A stretch of 42,975 nucleotides of DNA from assembly GCA_041166685.1 (NCBI GenBank), contig JBEEGD010000001.1, positions 1 to 42,975 on the forward strand, given 5' to 3'. The position numbers and the translations under genes were made by a program. Positions 17,233-26,169 of the stretch are shown one piece after another (positions within the stretch are counted from its first letter, which is position 1; every line of letters begins with the position of its first letter). The notes beneath the pieces were generated by a model that ran no database searches, was not told the DNA's origin, and worked only from the letters and a program-made list of their open reading frames with translations. The stretch is from Acidimicrobiaceae bacterium. GTDB taxonomy: Bacteria > Actinomycetota > Acidimicrobiia > Acidimicrobiales > JACDCH01.

Positions 17233-18034
17233 GGCGACCGTCAACGGCGTGCGGTTGGCCTACGACGTCCACGGCGAAGGCGAACCGGTTCTGCTGATCT
17301 GCGCCACGGGGCAGCCTGCGTTCGCGTGGAGCATGTCGCAGGTCCCGGCGCTCACCGGCGCGGGCTACCAGGTGATCACGTTCGACAATCGCGGCGTGGC
17401 ACCGTCGGAGGCGCCCCCTGCGCCGTACACCGTGCAAGGGATGGCCGAGGACGCCGCCGCGCTCCTCGAGCACCTCGACGTCGGGCGCTGCCGGGTCGCC
17501 GGCTATTCGCTGGGCGCCCTCATCGCGCAGGAGTTGGCCTTGGCCCGGCCTGACCTCGTGCAGGCCGCGGTGATGATGGGCACGATGGGTCGCCAGGACG
17601 TGTTTCGCACGGCGCTCACCGCGTCCTGGGTGGAGCAGGACCTCAGTGGCATCGAGTTGCCCCGGCTGTGCGACGTCGTGTCGAGCGCGTTCGCATTGTT
17701 CTCACCGCAGACGTTGTGCGACGACGACGCGATGAGCTTGTTCATCGAGGCGACCGTGGCCATGCCGCCATGGAACGGTCCGGGACGGCTCGGCCAGCAT
17801 CAGGCCGACATGGCGTACCAGGATCGGCTTGACGCGCTCGCCGGCATCCGCGTGCCGTGCCTTGTGATCGGATTCGAGCTCGACATGGGCATCGCCGCGT
17901 CGCTCTGCCGCGAGGTGGCCAGCGTGATCCCCAGATGCCAGTACATCGAGATCGCGGGTGCCGGACACAGCGGCCCCTTCGAGAAGCCCGACGAGGTCAA
18001 CTCGGCCCTCCTCGACTTCTTTCGGGACGCGTGA
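17225..18034 (+). CDS. Alpha/beta hydrolase
   Basis: ATG 17225 overlaps the P450 stop by 8 nt. It has the nucleophile elbow GYSLGA and a C-terminal GAGHSGPFEKP motif. Confidence 0.85.
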   Translation: MPEATVNGVRLAYDVHGEGEPVLLICATGQPAFAWSMSQVPALTGAGYQVITFDNRGVAPSEAPPAPYTVQGMAEDAAALLEHLDVGRCRVAGYSLGALIAQELALARPDLVQAAVMMGTMGRQDVFRTALTASWVEQDLSGIELPRLCDVVSSAFALFSPQTLCDDDAMSLFIEATVAMPPWNGPGRLGQHQADMAYQDRLDALAGIRVPCLVIGFELDMGIAASLCREVASVIPRCQYIEIAGAGHSGPFEKPDEVNSALLDFFRDA

Positions 18035-18061
18035 CGCCGAGAAGAGAGGGGCGGTCTCATC

Positions 18062-18583
18062 GTGGCCAGGTACGTCGGTTTGCTCCGAGGCATCAATGTC
18101 GGCGGTAAGAACAAGGTGGCCATGACCGAGCTGCGGACGCTCGTCGAGTCGCTCGGCTGCACCGACGTCACCACGTTCATCCAGAGCGGCAACGTGGTCT
18201 TCACGACGGGCGCGTCGATCACACCAGCTCGCTTGGAGGGCGCCATCGAGAAAAGGTTCGGGATCGACATCACCGTCGTGTTGCGAACGCCTCGCGACCT
18301 CAAGAGGATCCTGGAAGCCAATCCGTTCGCCGATGTCGATCAATCCAAAGTGCACGTCGGGTTCATGGCGAAGAATCCGGCAGCTGCAGCCGTAGCGAAC
18401 CTCGATGCAGACCGCTTCGCGCCGGAACAGTTCGCCATCCGCGGCAGGGAGCTGTACCTCCACCTTCCGAATGGCATGGGCCGGGCCAAGCTGCCGCCGT
18501 ACATCGATCGGCAGCTCAAGATCCCCACGACGATCCGCAGCTGGGCGACCGTGACGACGCTCGTGGAGCTCGCGGGCCGCTGA
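18062..18583 (+). CDS. DUF1697-family protein
   Basis: The N-terminus ARYVGLLRGINVGGKNKVAMTELR is the characteristic DUF1697 signature. The start is GTG with a GAGAGGGG SD-like run upstream. Confidence 0.8.
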   Translation: MARYVGLLRGINVGGKNKVAMTELRTLVESLGCTDVTTFIQSGNVVFTTGASITPARLEGAIEKRFGIDITVVLRTPRDLKRILEANPFADVDQSKVHVGFMAKNPAAAAVANLDADRFAPEQFAIRGRELYLHLPNGMGRAKLPPYIDRQLKIPTTIRSWATVTTLVELAGR

Positions 18584-18592
18584 CCAGCGGGA

Positions 18593-19423
18593 TCAGGCGT
18601 GGACGCGAGCGTGCACGAAATCGGACCAGGTTGCGACCCAGTCGTGCCATACCGCCGCGGGGTAGTCGTGACCCATGCCCTCGATCTCGACGTACCGCGC
18701 GCCGGGTATCAGCTCGGCGGTGCGGCGTCCTCCGCTCGGAGCGATCAGCGTGTCGCGGCTCCCGTGCATCACCAGAGCAGGAAGGGTGACCTCGCGTAGC
18801 TCGTCGGCCCGCGAGCCGTCGCGCGCCACCGCCGCCACCTGCCGAGCCTGTCCGGCGGGAGAGAAGCAGCGGTCGTAGGCCGTAACGGCGCGGGCGCGAA
18901 TGAAGTCTTCGTCGAGCCACTCGGATTTCGATCCGTAGACCCTGAGCGCGGCGACCTGATTGTCGATGTACTCGGCTCGGGATGACGCTGGTGGAGCCGT
19001 GAGAAACGCCAGTGCCTCCTCGGCGCTCTCGCCGTACTCAGGCTCGCCGGTCCTCGACATCACCGACGTGATCGAGAGCAGACGATCGGGATGATTGATC
19101 GCCAGCCGTTGCACGATCATTCCGCCCATGGAGAGACCCATCACGTGGGCGCGCTCCACGCCGATCGCGTCGAGCACTGCGATCGCGTCATCGGCCATGT
19201 CGGTGAGCCCGTACTCGATGCCGTCGAGCTTTGATGACAGTCCGACGTCACGGTTGTCGAACCGCACCACCCGGTAGCCCTCAGCGGCGAAAAGCTCGCA
19301 CCACTCGACGGCGTAGTTGATGCACTGCGAGCCCAATCCGTTGATCAGTAGCAGGGTTGGCTGCGCCGGGTCACCAAAGGACTCATAGAAGATTTCGACG
19401 TCACCGTTCCGGGTCGTGCTCAC
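18593..19423 (-). CDS. Alpha/beta hydrolase
   Basis: LLLINGLGS, the nucleophile elbow GLSMGG and GMGHDYP are present. The GTG start lies 10 nt downstream of the GntR stop, so co-transcription is likely. Confidence 0.85.
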   Translation of the reverse strand: MSTTRNGDVEIFYESFGDPAQPTLLLINGLGSQCINYAVEWCELFAAEGYRVVRFDNRDVGLSSKLDGIEYGLTDMADDAIAVLDAIGVERAHVMGLSMGGMIVQRLAINHPDRLLSITSVMSRTGEPEYGESAEEALAFLTAPPASSRAEYIDNQVAALRVYGSKSEWLDEDFIRARAVTAYDRCFSPAGQARQVAAVARDGSRADELREVTLPALVMHGSRDTLIAPSGGRRTAELIPGARYVEIEGMGHDYPAAVWHDWVATWSDFVHARVHA

Positions 19424-19433
19424 CTTGAACTCT

Positions 19434-20189
19434 TTACACCAGCTGTACGGGGTTGCGCGCCGGAATGCGCAGAGCCTTGCGCTGGATCGAGTCGAGCGAC
19501 CCGCGCAAGAAGTCCTCGACCGCGGGATCGCCGGCTTCGATCATGTCGATGACCGTTGCCGTGCTGTCGAGCACGTCGTGGGCCCGTTTCGCGCGCACGC
19601 CGGGCTTGGCTTCGAAGTAGGCGGACATCGCCACGCGGTGGGCGCGCAACACCTCGGCGAGCAACCGGCTCAGGACCGCGAGGACCGGGTTGCCTGCGAG
19701 GTCCACGATCAGCAGTGAAAACTCCGTCGACTCGTCGAGGAGTGCGCCCGCATCGTCGATCGCGGCCTCACAACGCGCGCGCTGCTCGCGGAGGCGCGCG
19801 ATGTCGTCCTTGGTATGGCGCTCGGCAAGCCGGCGCGCGCCGGTGGGCACGATGTCGAGGAATGCGTCGTAGACATGGCGGAGATCGACGTCTTGGTATT
19901 GCAGAAGGAGGCCGAGGCTGCGCGCGGTGACGGCGGGGTCGGGGGCGCAGACCTTGGGTCCGTACCGTCCGCCACGTCGAATGCTCAGTAGACCTTCGAC
20001 CTCGAGGATGCGGAACGCCTCGCGCATCGTCGGGCGCGACGTCTTGAAGAACTCGCACAGCTCCGGTTCGAGCGGCAGGTAGTCGCCGTCGGCGAGCTCA
20101 CGGCGAACGATCTGGGCACGGAGTTGTTCGGCGATGTGCTCGGCCATCTTCTGGGGACGAGGCGCTGGCGTCTTCATCGCAACGGTCAC
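19434..20189 (-). CDS. GntR/FadR-family transcriptional regulator
   Basis: The winged HTH is LPLEPELCEFFKTSRPTMREAFRILEVEGLLSIRRG, followed by an all-helical FadR-type C-terminal domain. The start is GTG 20189 or ATG 20177. Confidence 0.9.
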   Translation of the reverse strand: MTVAMKTPAPRPQKMAEHIAEQLRAQIVRRELADGDYLPLEPELCEFFKTSRPTMREAFRILEVEGLLSIRRGGRYGPKVCAPDPAVTARSLGLLLQYQDVDLRHVYDAFLDIVPTGARRLAERHTKDDIARLREQRARCEAAIDDAGALLDESTEFSLLIVDLAGNPVLAVLSRLLAEVLRAHRVAMSAYFEAKPGVRAKRAHDVLDSTATVIDMIEAGDPAVEDFLRGSLDSIQRKALRIPARNPVQLV

Positions 20190-20215
20190 TGCCGCATTCT
20201 AGGCTTGCCTTCCTC

Positions 20216-20233
20216 AACATAGTCAACTATGTT
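20216..20233. promoter_or_regulatory. Candidate GntR-family operator in a divergent promoter region
   Basis: AACATAGT-ca-ACTATGTT has 8-bp perfect inverted arms. It fits the GntR-family (N)GT(N)AC(N) core (ATAGTCAACTAT). It sits in an AT-rich island 27 nt from the GntR start and 7 nt from the amidohydrolase GTG. An extra half-site, CTATGTGTT, follows. Confidence 0.6.
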
Positions 20234-20239
20234 TGCTAT

Positions 20240-21391
20240 GTGTTCGATAGCGACAATCACTATTACGAGGCAGAAGACGCCTTCACGAGGCACGTCCCTC
20301 GGTCGATGGCGAAGCGCTGCGTGCAGTGGGCCGACGTCGGTGGTCGCAAGCACCTCCTGGTCGGCGGCCGGCTGAATGCGTTCATCCCGAACCCGACGTT
20401 CGACCCGGTGGGCCGGCCGGGCGCGCTGCAGGACTTCTTCAAGGGCAAGGCGGGCACCGACGTGAAGGCGGCGTTTGGTGAGCTCGAGCCGATTCGCGCC
20501 GAGTACCGCGACCGCGATGCTCGTCTGAAGGTGATGGACGAGCAGGGCCTCGACGGCGCGTGGTTGTTCCCGACGCTCGGCGTCGGCATCGAAGAGGCGC
20601 TGGCGGACGACGGCGCGGCGGCCATGGCGGCGTTCACCGCGTTCAACACCTGGCTGCACGAAGACTGGGGCTTCGCCTACTGCGATCGCCTCTTCGCGGC
20701 GCCGTACCTCTGCTTGATGGACGTCGATGGCGCGATCGCCGAGCTCGATCGCGTGCTTGAGCTGTCTGCCCGCGTGATCTGCATGCGCCCCGGCTCCGTG
20801 CACACACCGACTGGTACGACGTCGCCCTTCATCGAGGCGTTCGACCCGTTCTGGGCGCGCGTCGCGGAGGCTGGCATCACTGTTGCCTTTCACGGCGGTG
20901 ACTCTGGGTATTCCGCGCATGTCGATGCCTGGGAGCCCGACACCGAGGCAAAGGCCTTCTTCGCCACCCCGCTGTCTCGTGCCATCACGAGCAACCGGGC
21001 GATCACGGAGACGATGTTGGCGATGCTGTGTCACCGGCTGCTGGAACGGCACCCGCGTCTTCGCATTGCGTCGATCGAGAACGGCGCGAGCTGGGTGACA
21101 CACCTGCTCAGGCTGGTCGAGAAGTCCGCGGCGATGAGTCCCGGCTGGTTCGCCGAGCGGCCGGCCGAGCTGTTCCGTCGCCAGGTTTGGGTGTCACCCT
21201 TCTGGGAGGACAACCCGGTGACCGCGGTCGAGCTGATCGGCGACGAGCGCACGTTGTTCGGCTCTGACTGGCCGCACACCGAGGGGATCGCCGACCCGGG
21301 CTCGTATCGCGACGAGCTCGCGGGCCTACCTGATCGGACGATCGACCGCGTGATGGGCGGCAACGCGCTCGAACTCACTGCGCCCATCTGA
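20240..21391 (+). CDS. Amidohydrolase-2 (ACMSD-like metal-dependent hydrolase) family protein
   Basis: The N-terminal FDSDNHYYE and C-terminal GSDWPHTEG motifs are present. The start is GTG. Confidence 0.8.
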   Translation: MFDSDNHYYEAEDAFTRHVPRSMAKRCVQWADVGGRKHLLVGGRLNAFIPNPTFDPVGRPGALQDFFKGKAGTDVKAAFGELEPIRAEYRDRDARLKVMDEQGLDGAWLFPTLGVGIEEALADDGAAAMAAFTAFNTWLHEDWGFAYCDRLFAAPYLCLMDVDGAIAELDRVLELSARVICMRPGSVHTPTGTTSPFIEAFDPFWARVAEAGITVAFHGGDSGYSAHVDAWEPDTEAKAFFATPLSRAITSNRAITETMLAMLCHRLLERHPRLRIASIENGASWVTHLLRLVEKSAAMSPGWFAERPAELFRRQVWVSPFWEDNPVTAVELIGDERTLFGSDWPHTEGIADPGSYRDELAGLPDRTIDRVMGGNALELTAPI

Positions 21392-21906
21392 TGACCTCTC
21401 CCGCGGATTGGAGCGTGAGGTCGATATTCCACTTCACCGTCAACGCCACGAGCTTCGAGCGCTCGCTCGACTTCTACACGACGCTTGGCTTCAAGGTGCT
21501 GCGAGACAACCGGGACGTGATCTGGGGCGACCTCGTCGCTCGCAACTTCGGCATGCCCGCGGCCCAAGGGCGCGGCGCGCTGCTGGGCATCGGTGACGGC
21601 GAGCTCGAGACCCGCCTCGATCTCATCGAGTGGCTCGAACCGACCCTCGACCCTCCTCCCGATGTCCCCATCGAGCAGCGAGTGCCGCGCATCATCGCCT
21701 TGCGCACCGACAACGTGCAGGCCGCCTACGACGACCTGTCGGCGCGGGGTGTCAAGTTCGTGTCCAAACCGCAGTCGGCCCGACGCTCGGGCATCGTGAA
21801 CGTCTGCTGCTGCCGCGACCCGGACGGGCTGCTCGTCGAACTCATCGAATACGAGCCAGGTCTGCTCGGCAGTCGCATCGAGGGGCTTCCGAGGCGCGAG
21901 ACATGA
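21391..21906 (+). CDS. VOC (glyoxalase/bleomycin-resistance/dioxygenase) family protein
   Basis: FHFTVNATSFERSLDFYTTLGFKV and CCRDPDGLLVELIEY are present. The ATG shares one base with the upstream TGA. Confidence 0.75.
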   Translation: MTSPADWSVRSIFHFTVNATSFERSLDFYTTLGFKVLRDNRDVIWGDLVARNFGMPAAQGRGALLGIGDGELETRLDLIEWLEPTLDPPPDVPIEQRVPRIIALRTDNVQAAYDDLSARGVKFVSKPQSARRSGIVNVCCCRDPDGLLVELIEYEPGLLGSRIEGLPRRET

Positions 21907-22826
21907 GCGTCACGGAGGCACGAGCCGCCGAGATCTACAACGCGTGCAAGCGCTGGGGGAGATGGGGTGAAGACGACGAGCGGGGCGCGCTCAACCTGCT
22001 CACGCCCGAGCGCGTGAGCCGCGCGACGACGCTGGCGCGTGCCGGGATCGTCGTGTCGTGCGGGCGGGAGCTCGCCGTGGCCCCCGCCGTCGACAACCCG
22101 TTGCCTGCACAGCACCACATGACCCTCGCGGGGGACGTTGGTGCCCGCCGAGCCGGCCTGCAGGCGTCGGCCGACTTCGTGGGCGTTGCGTTTCACGGTA
22201 TGGCGGTGTCGCACATCGACGCGTTGTGCCACGTTTTCGTCGAAGGGCAGATGTACAACGGCTATCCAGCGGCGGACGTCACGAGCGTTGGCGCGAAGCG
22301 GAATTCGATCGCCGCGGGCTTCGATGGCATCGTCGGCCGCGGTGTTCTGCTCGATCTTCCCAGGCTGCGGGCCGTCGACTGGCTCGAGCCCGCAGACGCG
22401 ATCACGCCTGACGAGCTGGACGCCGCGTGCGCCGTGCAGCAGCTCGAGGTCGAGCAAGGCGACATCGTGCTCATCTCGACGGGTCGGGACGCTCGCCGGG
22501 CCCAGCACGGGCCGTGGGACCCGAATGCCGTCGGCCTGGCTGGGCTCGACGCCGAGTGCGTCCCTTGGTTGTACGACCGCGATCCCTCGGTGCTCGGCTG
22601 CGACGGCGTGTCCGACGTCTTGCCTCCGTATCCGCACCGCTGGCCGATGCCACTGCACGCGTGCTTGCTCGTCGGCATGGGCGTGCACTTGCTCGACAAC
22701 CTGCATCTCGGTCGCCTTGCCGCCGCGTGCGCGGACGCGCAGCGCTGGGAGTTCTTGTTCGTCGTCGCGCCGCTCCAGATCGGCGGCGGCACCGGCTCAC
22801 CGGTCAATCCGATCGCGATCCTTTGA
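21903..22826 (+). CDS. Putative cyclase-family (kynurenine-formamidase-like) hydrolase
   Basis: ATG 21903 overlaps the upstream stop (ATGA). GALNLLTPERV and the His/Asp cluster FHGMAVSHIDALCH match the HxGTHxDxPxH-type motif. Confidence 0.7.
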   Translation: MSVTEARAAEIYNACKRWGRWGEDDERGALNLLTPERVSRATTLARAGIVVSCGRELAVAPAVDNPLPAQHHMTLAGDVGARRAGLQASADFVGVAFHGMAVSHIDALCHVFVEGQMYNGYPAADVTSVGAKRNSIAAGFDGIVGRGVLLDLPRLRAVDWLEPADAITPDELDAACAVQQLEVEQGDIVLISTGRDARRAQHGPWDPNAVGLAGLDAECVPWLYDRDPSVLGCDGVSDVLPPYPHRWPMPLHACLLVGMGVHLLDNLHLGRLAAACADAQRWEFLFVVAPLQIGGGTGSPVNPIAIL

Positions 22827-22842
22827 ACTGGGAGGGTTTTCC

Positions 22843-24033
22843 TTGATCTTCGACCTCTTCAACGAGCTGCAACGACCGCACCCGACCGATGAGCACGACG
22901 TGTTCACCGGTGCTCTCGAGCACGCCGAGTTGGCGGATCAGCTTGGCTACGGGTGTTGGTGGTCCGTCGAGCACCACTGCACACCAGAGTTCTCGTACTC
23001 GGGCGCGCCCGAGCTGATGAACACCGCGATTGCCATGCGCACTCAACGGCTGCGGATCGGCCATGCCGGCGTGCTGACACCCTTCAAGATCAACCATCCG
23101 CTGCGGGCGGCGGAGCGCGCCGCGGTTCTCGATCACCTGTCGAACGGACGGGTCGAGGTCGGTTTGGCTCGATCGGGCGGAGCGGAGTGGGCGACCTTCG
23201 GCGTTGACCCCGAGGGCACACTCGCCGAACTCGAAGAGGCCGCCCGGTTGATGGTGACGGCGTGGACCCAGCCCGAGTTCGCCTGGGAGTCGGAGCGCCT
23301 CAGCATCCCGACCCGCACGATGGTGCCCAAGCCGGTGCAGCAGCCTCACCCGGGGCTGTGGCAGACCGTGTCGACCCCGGGCAGCGCGCGCATGGCGGGC
23401 GAGCTCGGCATGGGCATCTTGTGCACCACGCTGCTGTCCCCGGTATCGGTGCTCGCGACGATGATCACGGAGCACGATGCGGGTCTCGCAGCGTCGGTCG
23501 ATCCTGTCGGCAAGTTCGTCAACGACCAGCGCGGGGTGTTCACGTTCGTGCACTGCACGGAGACCGTCGACGAAGCGATCGCCAGTCGGGCTGCGGAGGC
23601 CGCCATGTGGTACGTGAATGCCGCCCCGAAGGTGTTCTCGGTGCCGCGTACCGTGTGGACGAACTTGATACGCGGCAACGTGGGCGCGGGCAAAGGCCGG
23701 GCCAAGGGAGCAGCCGACGCGGACAAGGTGTTGGTCGACCTCGACCCCGACGACCCGAACCCGATCATCCGGCTGATGAACCGCCAGCTACTCGGCCTGG
23801 AGATCGACCCTGTCGAGGCGTATGAAGCCGTCGAGGAGCAGGACTCCGTGATCATCGGCGACGTCGAAACCTGCCGGCGCAAGATCGAGAAGTTCCGCGA
23901 GGCCGGGTTCGGGCGCCTCATGTGCCTCATGCAGTTCGGCCAGCTTCGTCACGACCAGGCCACGGCCAGCATCCGTCGGGTGGGCGAGGCGCTCGTCCCC
24001 GAGTTCGCGCCAGCTGGCATGGTGGCGTCGTGA
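22843..24033 (+). CDS. LLM-class (luciferase-like) flavin-dependent monooxygenase
   Basis: TTG 22843 lies 6 nt after the SD GGGAGGG (22830-22836). EHAELADQLGYGCWWSVEHH and IGHAGVLTPFKINHPLRAAE are typical of the LLM fold. Confidence 0.75.
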   Translation: MIFDLFNELQRPHPTDEHDVFTGALEHAELADQLGYGCWWSVEHHCTPEFSYSGAPELMNTAIAMRTQRLRIGHAGVLTPFKINHPLRAAERAAVLDHLSNGRVEVGLARSGGAEWATFGVDPEGTLAELEEAARLMVTAWTQPEFAWESERLSIPTRTMVPKPVQQPHPGLWQTVSTPGSARMAGELGMGILCTTLLSPVSVLATMITEHDAGLAASVDPVGKFVNDQRGVFTFVHCTETVDEAIASRAAEAAMWYVNAAPKVFSVPRTVWTNLIRGNVGAGKGRAKGAADADKVLVDLDPDDPNPIIRLMNRQLLGLEIDPVEAYEAVEEQDSVIIGDVETCRRKIEKFREAGFGRLMCLMQFGQLRHDQATASIRRVGEALVPEFAPAGMVAS

Positions 24034-24821
24034 ACGACCGGCTTGGAGGCCGAGTAGCGATCATCACCGGCGCCGCCGGCGGCCAGGGGGCGGCGGAGGC
24101 GCGGTTGCTCGTCGAGCAAGGCGCCAACGTGCTCGTCGGCGACATCGACGATGGTGCGGGCGAGGCGCTGGCCAAGGAGCTCGGCGACGCCGCGTTCTAC
24201 CACCACCTCGACGTGTGCTCCGAGGACGACTGGCGCGCGGCGCTCGACGAGGCCCAGTCCGCGTTCGGCGTGGTCAATGCACTTGTCAACAACGCCGGCA
24301 TCAGCTTGCCGCCGAAGTCGATCATCAAGACGCCGGTCGACGAGTACCGCAAGGTCATCGAGGTCAACCAGGTCGGCGCCTACACCGGCATCCATGTGGT
24401 CGCACCCGCGATCGTCGCCGCTGGCGGCGGCAGCATCGTCAACGTGTCCTCGGTCAACGGCTTCGTCGGCGCGTGGGGGATCGCGGCGTACGCGTCGTCG
24501 AAGTTCGCGCTGCGGGGGCTGACGCGCGTCGCCCAGATCGAGTTGGCGCGCAAGGGCGTGCGCGTGAACTCGATCCACCCTGGACCGATCGACACGCCGA
24601 TGCTCCGCGGCGGTCTGCCGCCTGGTTCAGACCCCGTCGAGGCGATGGCCAGCGTGATCGCCGCAGGGCGCGTCGGCACGGCAGAGGAGGTCGCCAACAT
24701 GGTCGCGTTCTTGCTGTCCGACGAATCGTCGTACTGCTACGGCTCGGAGTTCGTGCTCGACGGCGGCTACCTGGCCGGTCCGCTCGGTTCACCCAACCTC
24801 AACCCAGGCAGCGGTCGATGA
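24030..24821 (+). CDS. Short-chain dehydrogenase/reductase (SDR)
   Basis: The GTG overlaps the upstream stop (GTGA). TGAAGGQG (TGxxxGxG), NNAG and YASSK (YxxxK) are present. Confidence 0.9.
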   Translation: MNDRLGGRVAIITGAAGGQGAAEARLLVEQGANVLVGDIDDGAGEALAKELGDAAFYHHLDVCSEDDWRAALDEAQSAFGVVNALVNNAGISLPPKSIIKTPVDEYRKVIEVNQVGAYTGIHVVAPAIVAAGGGSIVNVSSVNGFVGAWGIAAYASSKFALRGLTRVAQIELARKGVRVNSIHPGPIDTPMLRGGLPPGSDPVEAMASVIAAGRVGTAEEVANMVAFLLSDESSYCYGSEFVLDGGYLAGPLGSPNLNPGSGR

Positions 24822-25756
24822 AGATCTCGCTGCTCTTCCCGGAGACGCGCAGCGTCGATGCGGTGCGAGATCTCGCAATGCGTACCGAGGAGCAAGGCTT
24901 CACTGGCATGTGGCTCGGTGCCGCGTTCGGGTTCGACCCGATCATGGCGCTGGCCCTAGCCGGCGCATCGACCTCGAGGATCCAACTCGGGGTCGCCGTG
25001 GTGCCGACGTGGCCGAGACATCCGTTGGTGATGGCCCAACAGGGCGCGACCGCCAGCGCGGCGTGTCATGGGCGGTTTCGACTGGGCGTCGGCGCGAGCC
25101 ACGCTCCGGTCATGCAGATGTACGGCATCGATTTCGACCGGCCGATCAGCCACGTACGCGAGTACCTCACCGTGCTCCGGACGCTCCTGGCTGATGGGCA
25201 CGTTGCCCATCAAGGTGAGCGCTATCAGGTCAACGGTTTTCTCGACGTCGCCGATGCGCCCGCGCCTCCCGTGCTGCTCGGTGTGTTACGTGAGCAGATG
25301 GCGCGCCTCGCGGGTAGCCACTCGGACGGCGCGCTCTGCTGGCTCGGCCCAGCGGAGTACCTGCACAAAGTCGTGGCCCCGAACCTCGAGTCCGGCGCCG
25401 AGACAGCGGGTCGCGAGAAGCCACCGCTGATCGCCGAGCTGCCGTGCGTGCTCAGCACCGACGTCGAGGAAGTGCGCGAGGTGGCGGCGCGCGATCTCGC
25501 GATCTATCCGCAGGTGCCGTTCTACCGCGCCATGTTCGAAGCCGCCGGCGTCCCGCTCGAGGGGCGAGGTTGGAGCGACGCGATGCTCGATGCATCCGTG
25601 GTGTCCGGAGATGAGGACGGTATCGCCGCGAAGATTGAAGCGCTGTTCGAGGCGGGAGCCGACGAGGTGGCGCTGTCGCCGTTCGGTGCCGGCGCCGACC
25701 CTTCCGCTTCGCAGGACGACTGCATCCGTGTGCTCAGCGAGATCGCGAAAGGTTGA
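24818..25756 (+). CDS. LLM-class F420-dependent-type oxidoreductase
   Basis: The ATG overlaps the upstream stop (ATGA). MKISLLFPE..., EEQGFTGMWLGAAFGFDP and RFRLGVGASH are present. Confidence 0.7.
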   Translation: MKISLLFPETRSVDAVRDLAMRTEEQGFTGMWLGAAFGFDPIMALALAGASTSRIQLGVAVVPTWPRHPLVMAQQGATASAACHGRFRLGVGASHAPVMQMYGIDFDRPISHVREYLTVLRTLLADGHVAHQGERYQVNGFLDVADAPAPPVLLGVLREQMARLAGSHSDGALCWLGPAEYLHKVVAPNLESGAETAGREKPPLIAELPCVLSTDVEEVREVAARDLAIYPQVPFYRAMFEAAGVPLEGRGWSDAMLDASVVSGDEDGIAAKIEALFEAGADEVALSPFGAGADPSASQDDCIRVLSEIAKG

Positions 25757-26169
25757 TGACCGTGAAGGACCAGAAGAAGCGCGCCGCCAACAGGGACGTA
25801 GTGAGCACGGTCCTCGAAACCGTGTCAGCAGGCAAGTTCGACCAGCTGGCCGACTACGTCACCGACGACCTCGTGTTCGAACTGCCGTACGGGCCGGACT
25901 TCATGCCGAATCCGATCGAGGGCCGCGACGCGTGGAATCAGATGCAGCTGATGACGTTCAAGCTGTTCAGCTCGTTCACGCTCGACCTCGTCGAGGTGCA
26001 CGAATGCGTCGACCCCGACGAGCTGATCGCGGAATACCGCAGCGACGCCGTCGTCGAGCGCAACGGCAACGCGTACCGCAACCGCTACATCGGGGTGTTC
26101 CGCTTCCGCGACGGCAAGATCTCGCATTGGCGCGAGTTCCACAACCCCGAGGCCACCAAGGTCCTGTAG
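25756..26169 (+). CDS. SnoaL/NTF2-like (ketosteroid-isomerase-fold) protein
   Basis: ATG 25756 shares one base with the upstream TGA. RDVVSTVLETVSAGKFDQLADYVTDDLVFELPY and GKISHWREFHNP are typical of the SnoaL_2 fold. Confidence 0.7.
   Translation: MTVKDQKKRAANRDVVSTVLETVSAGKFDQLADYVTDDLVFELPYGPDFMPNPIEGRDAWNQMQLMTFKLFSSFTLDLVEVHECVDPDELIAEYRSDAVVERNGNAYRNRYIGVFRFRDGKISHWREFHNPEATKVL

Noticed and set aside
17282-17291. GAACCGGTTC, a KstR-like palindromic core inside the alpha/beta-hydrolase coding region. A second case, ATCAACACGTTCTC, lies at 35928-35941 inside LivF.
   Set aside because: Both are intragenic. The LivF case follows from the conserved E-N-V-L codons. I keep them as a caveat: core-only matches arise by chance, so the intergenic boxes need a genome-wide PWM test.
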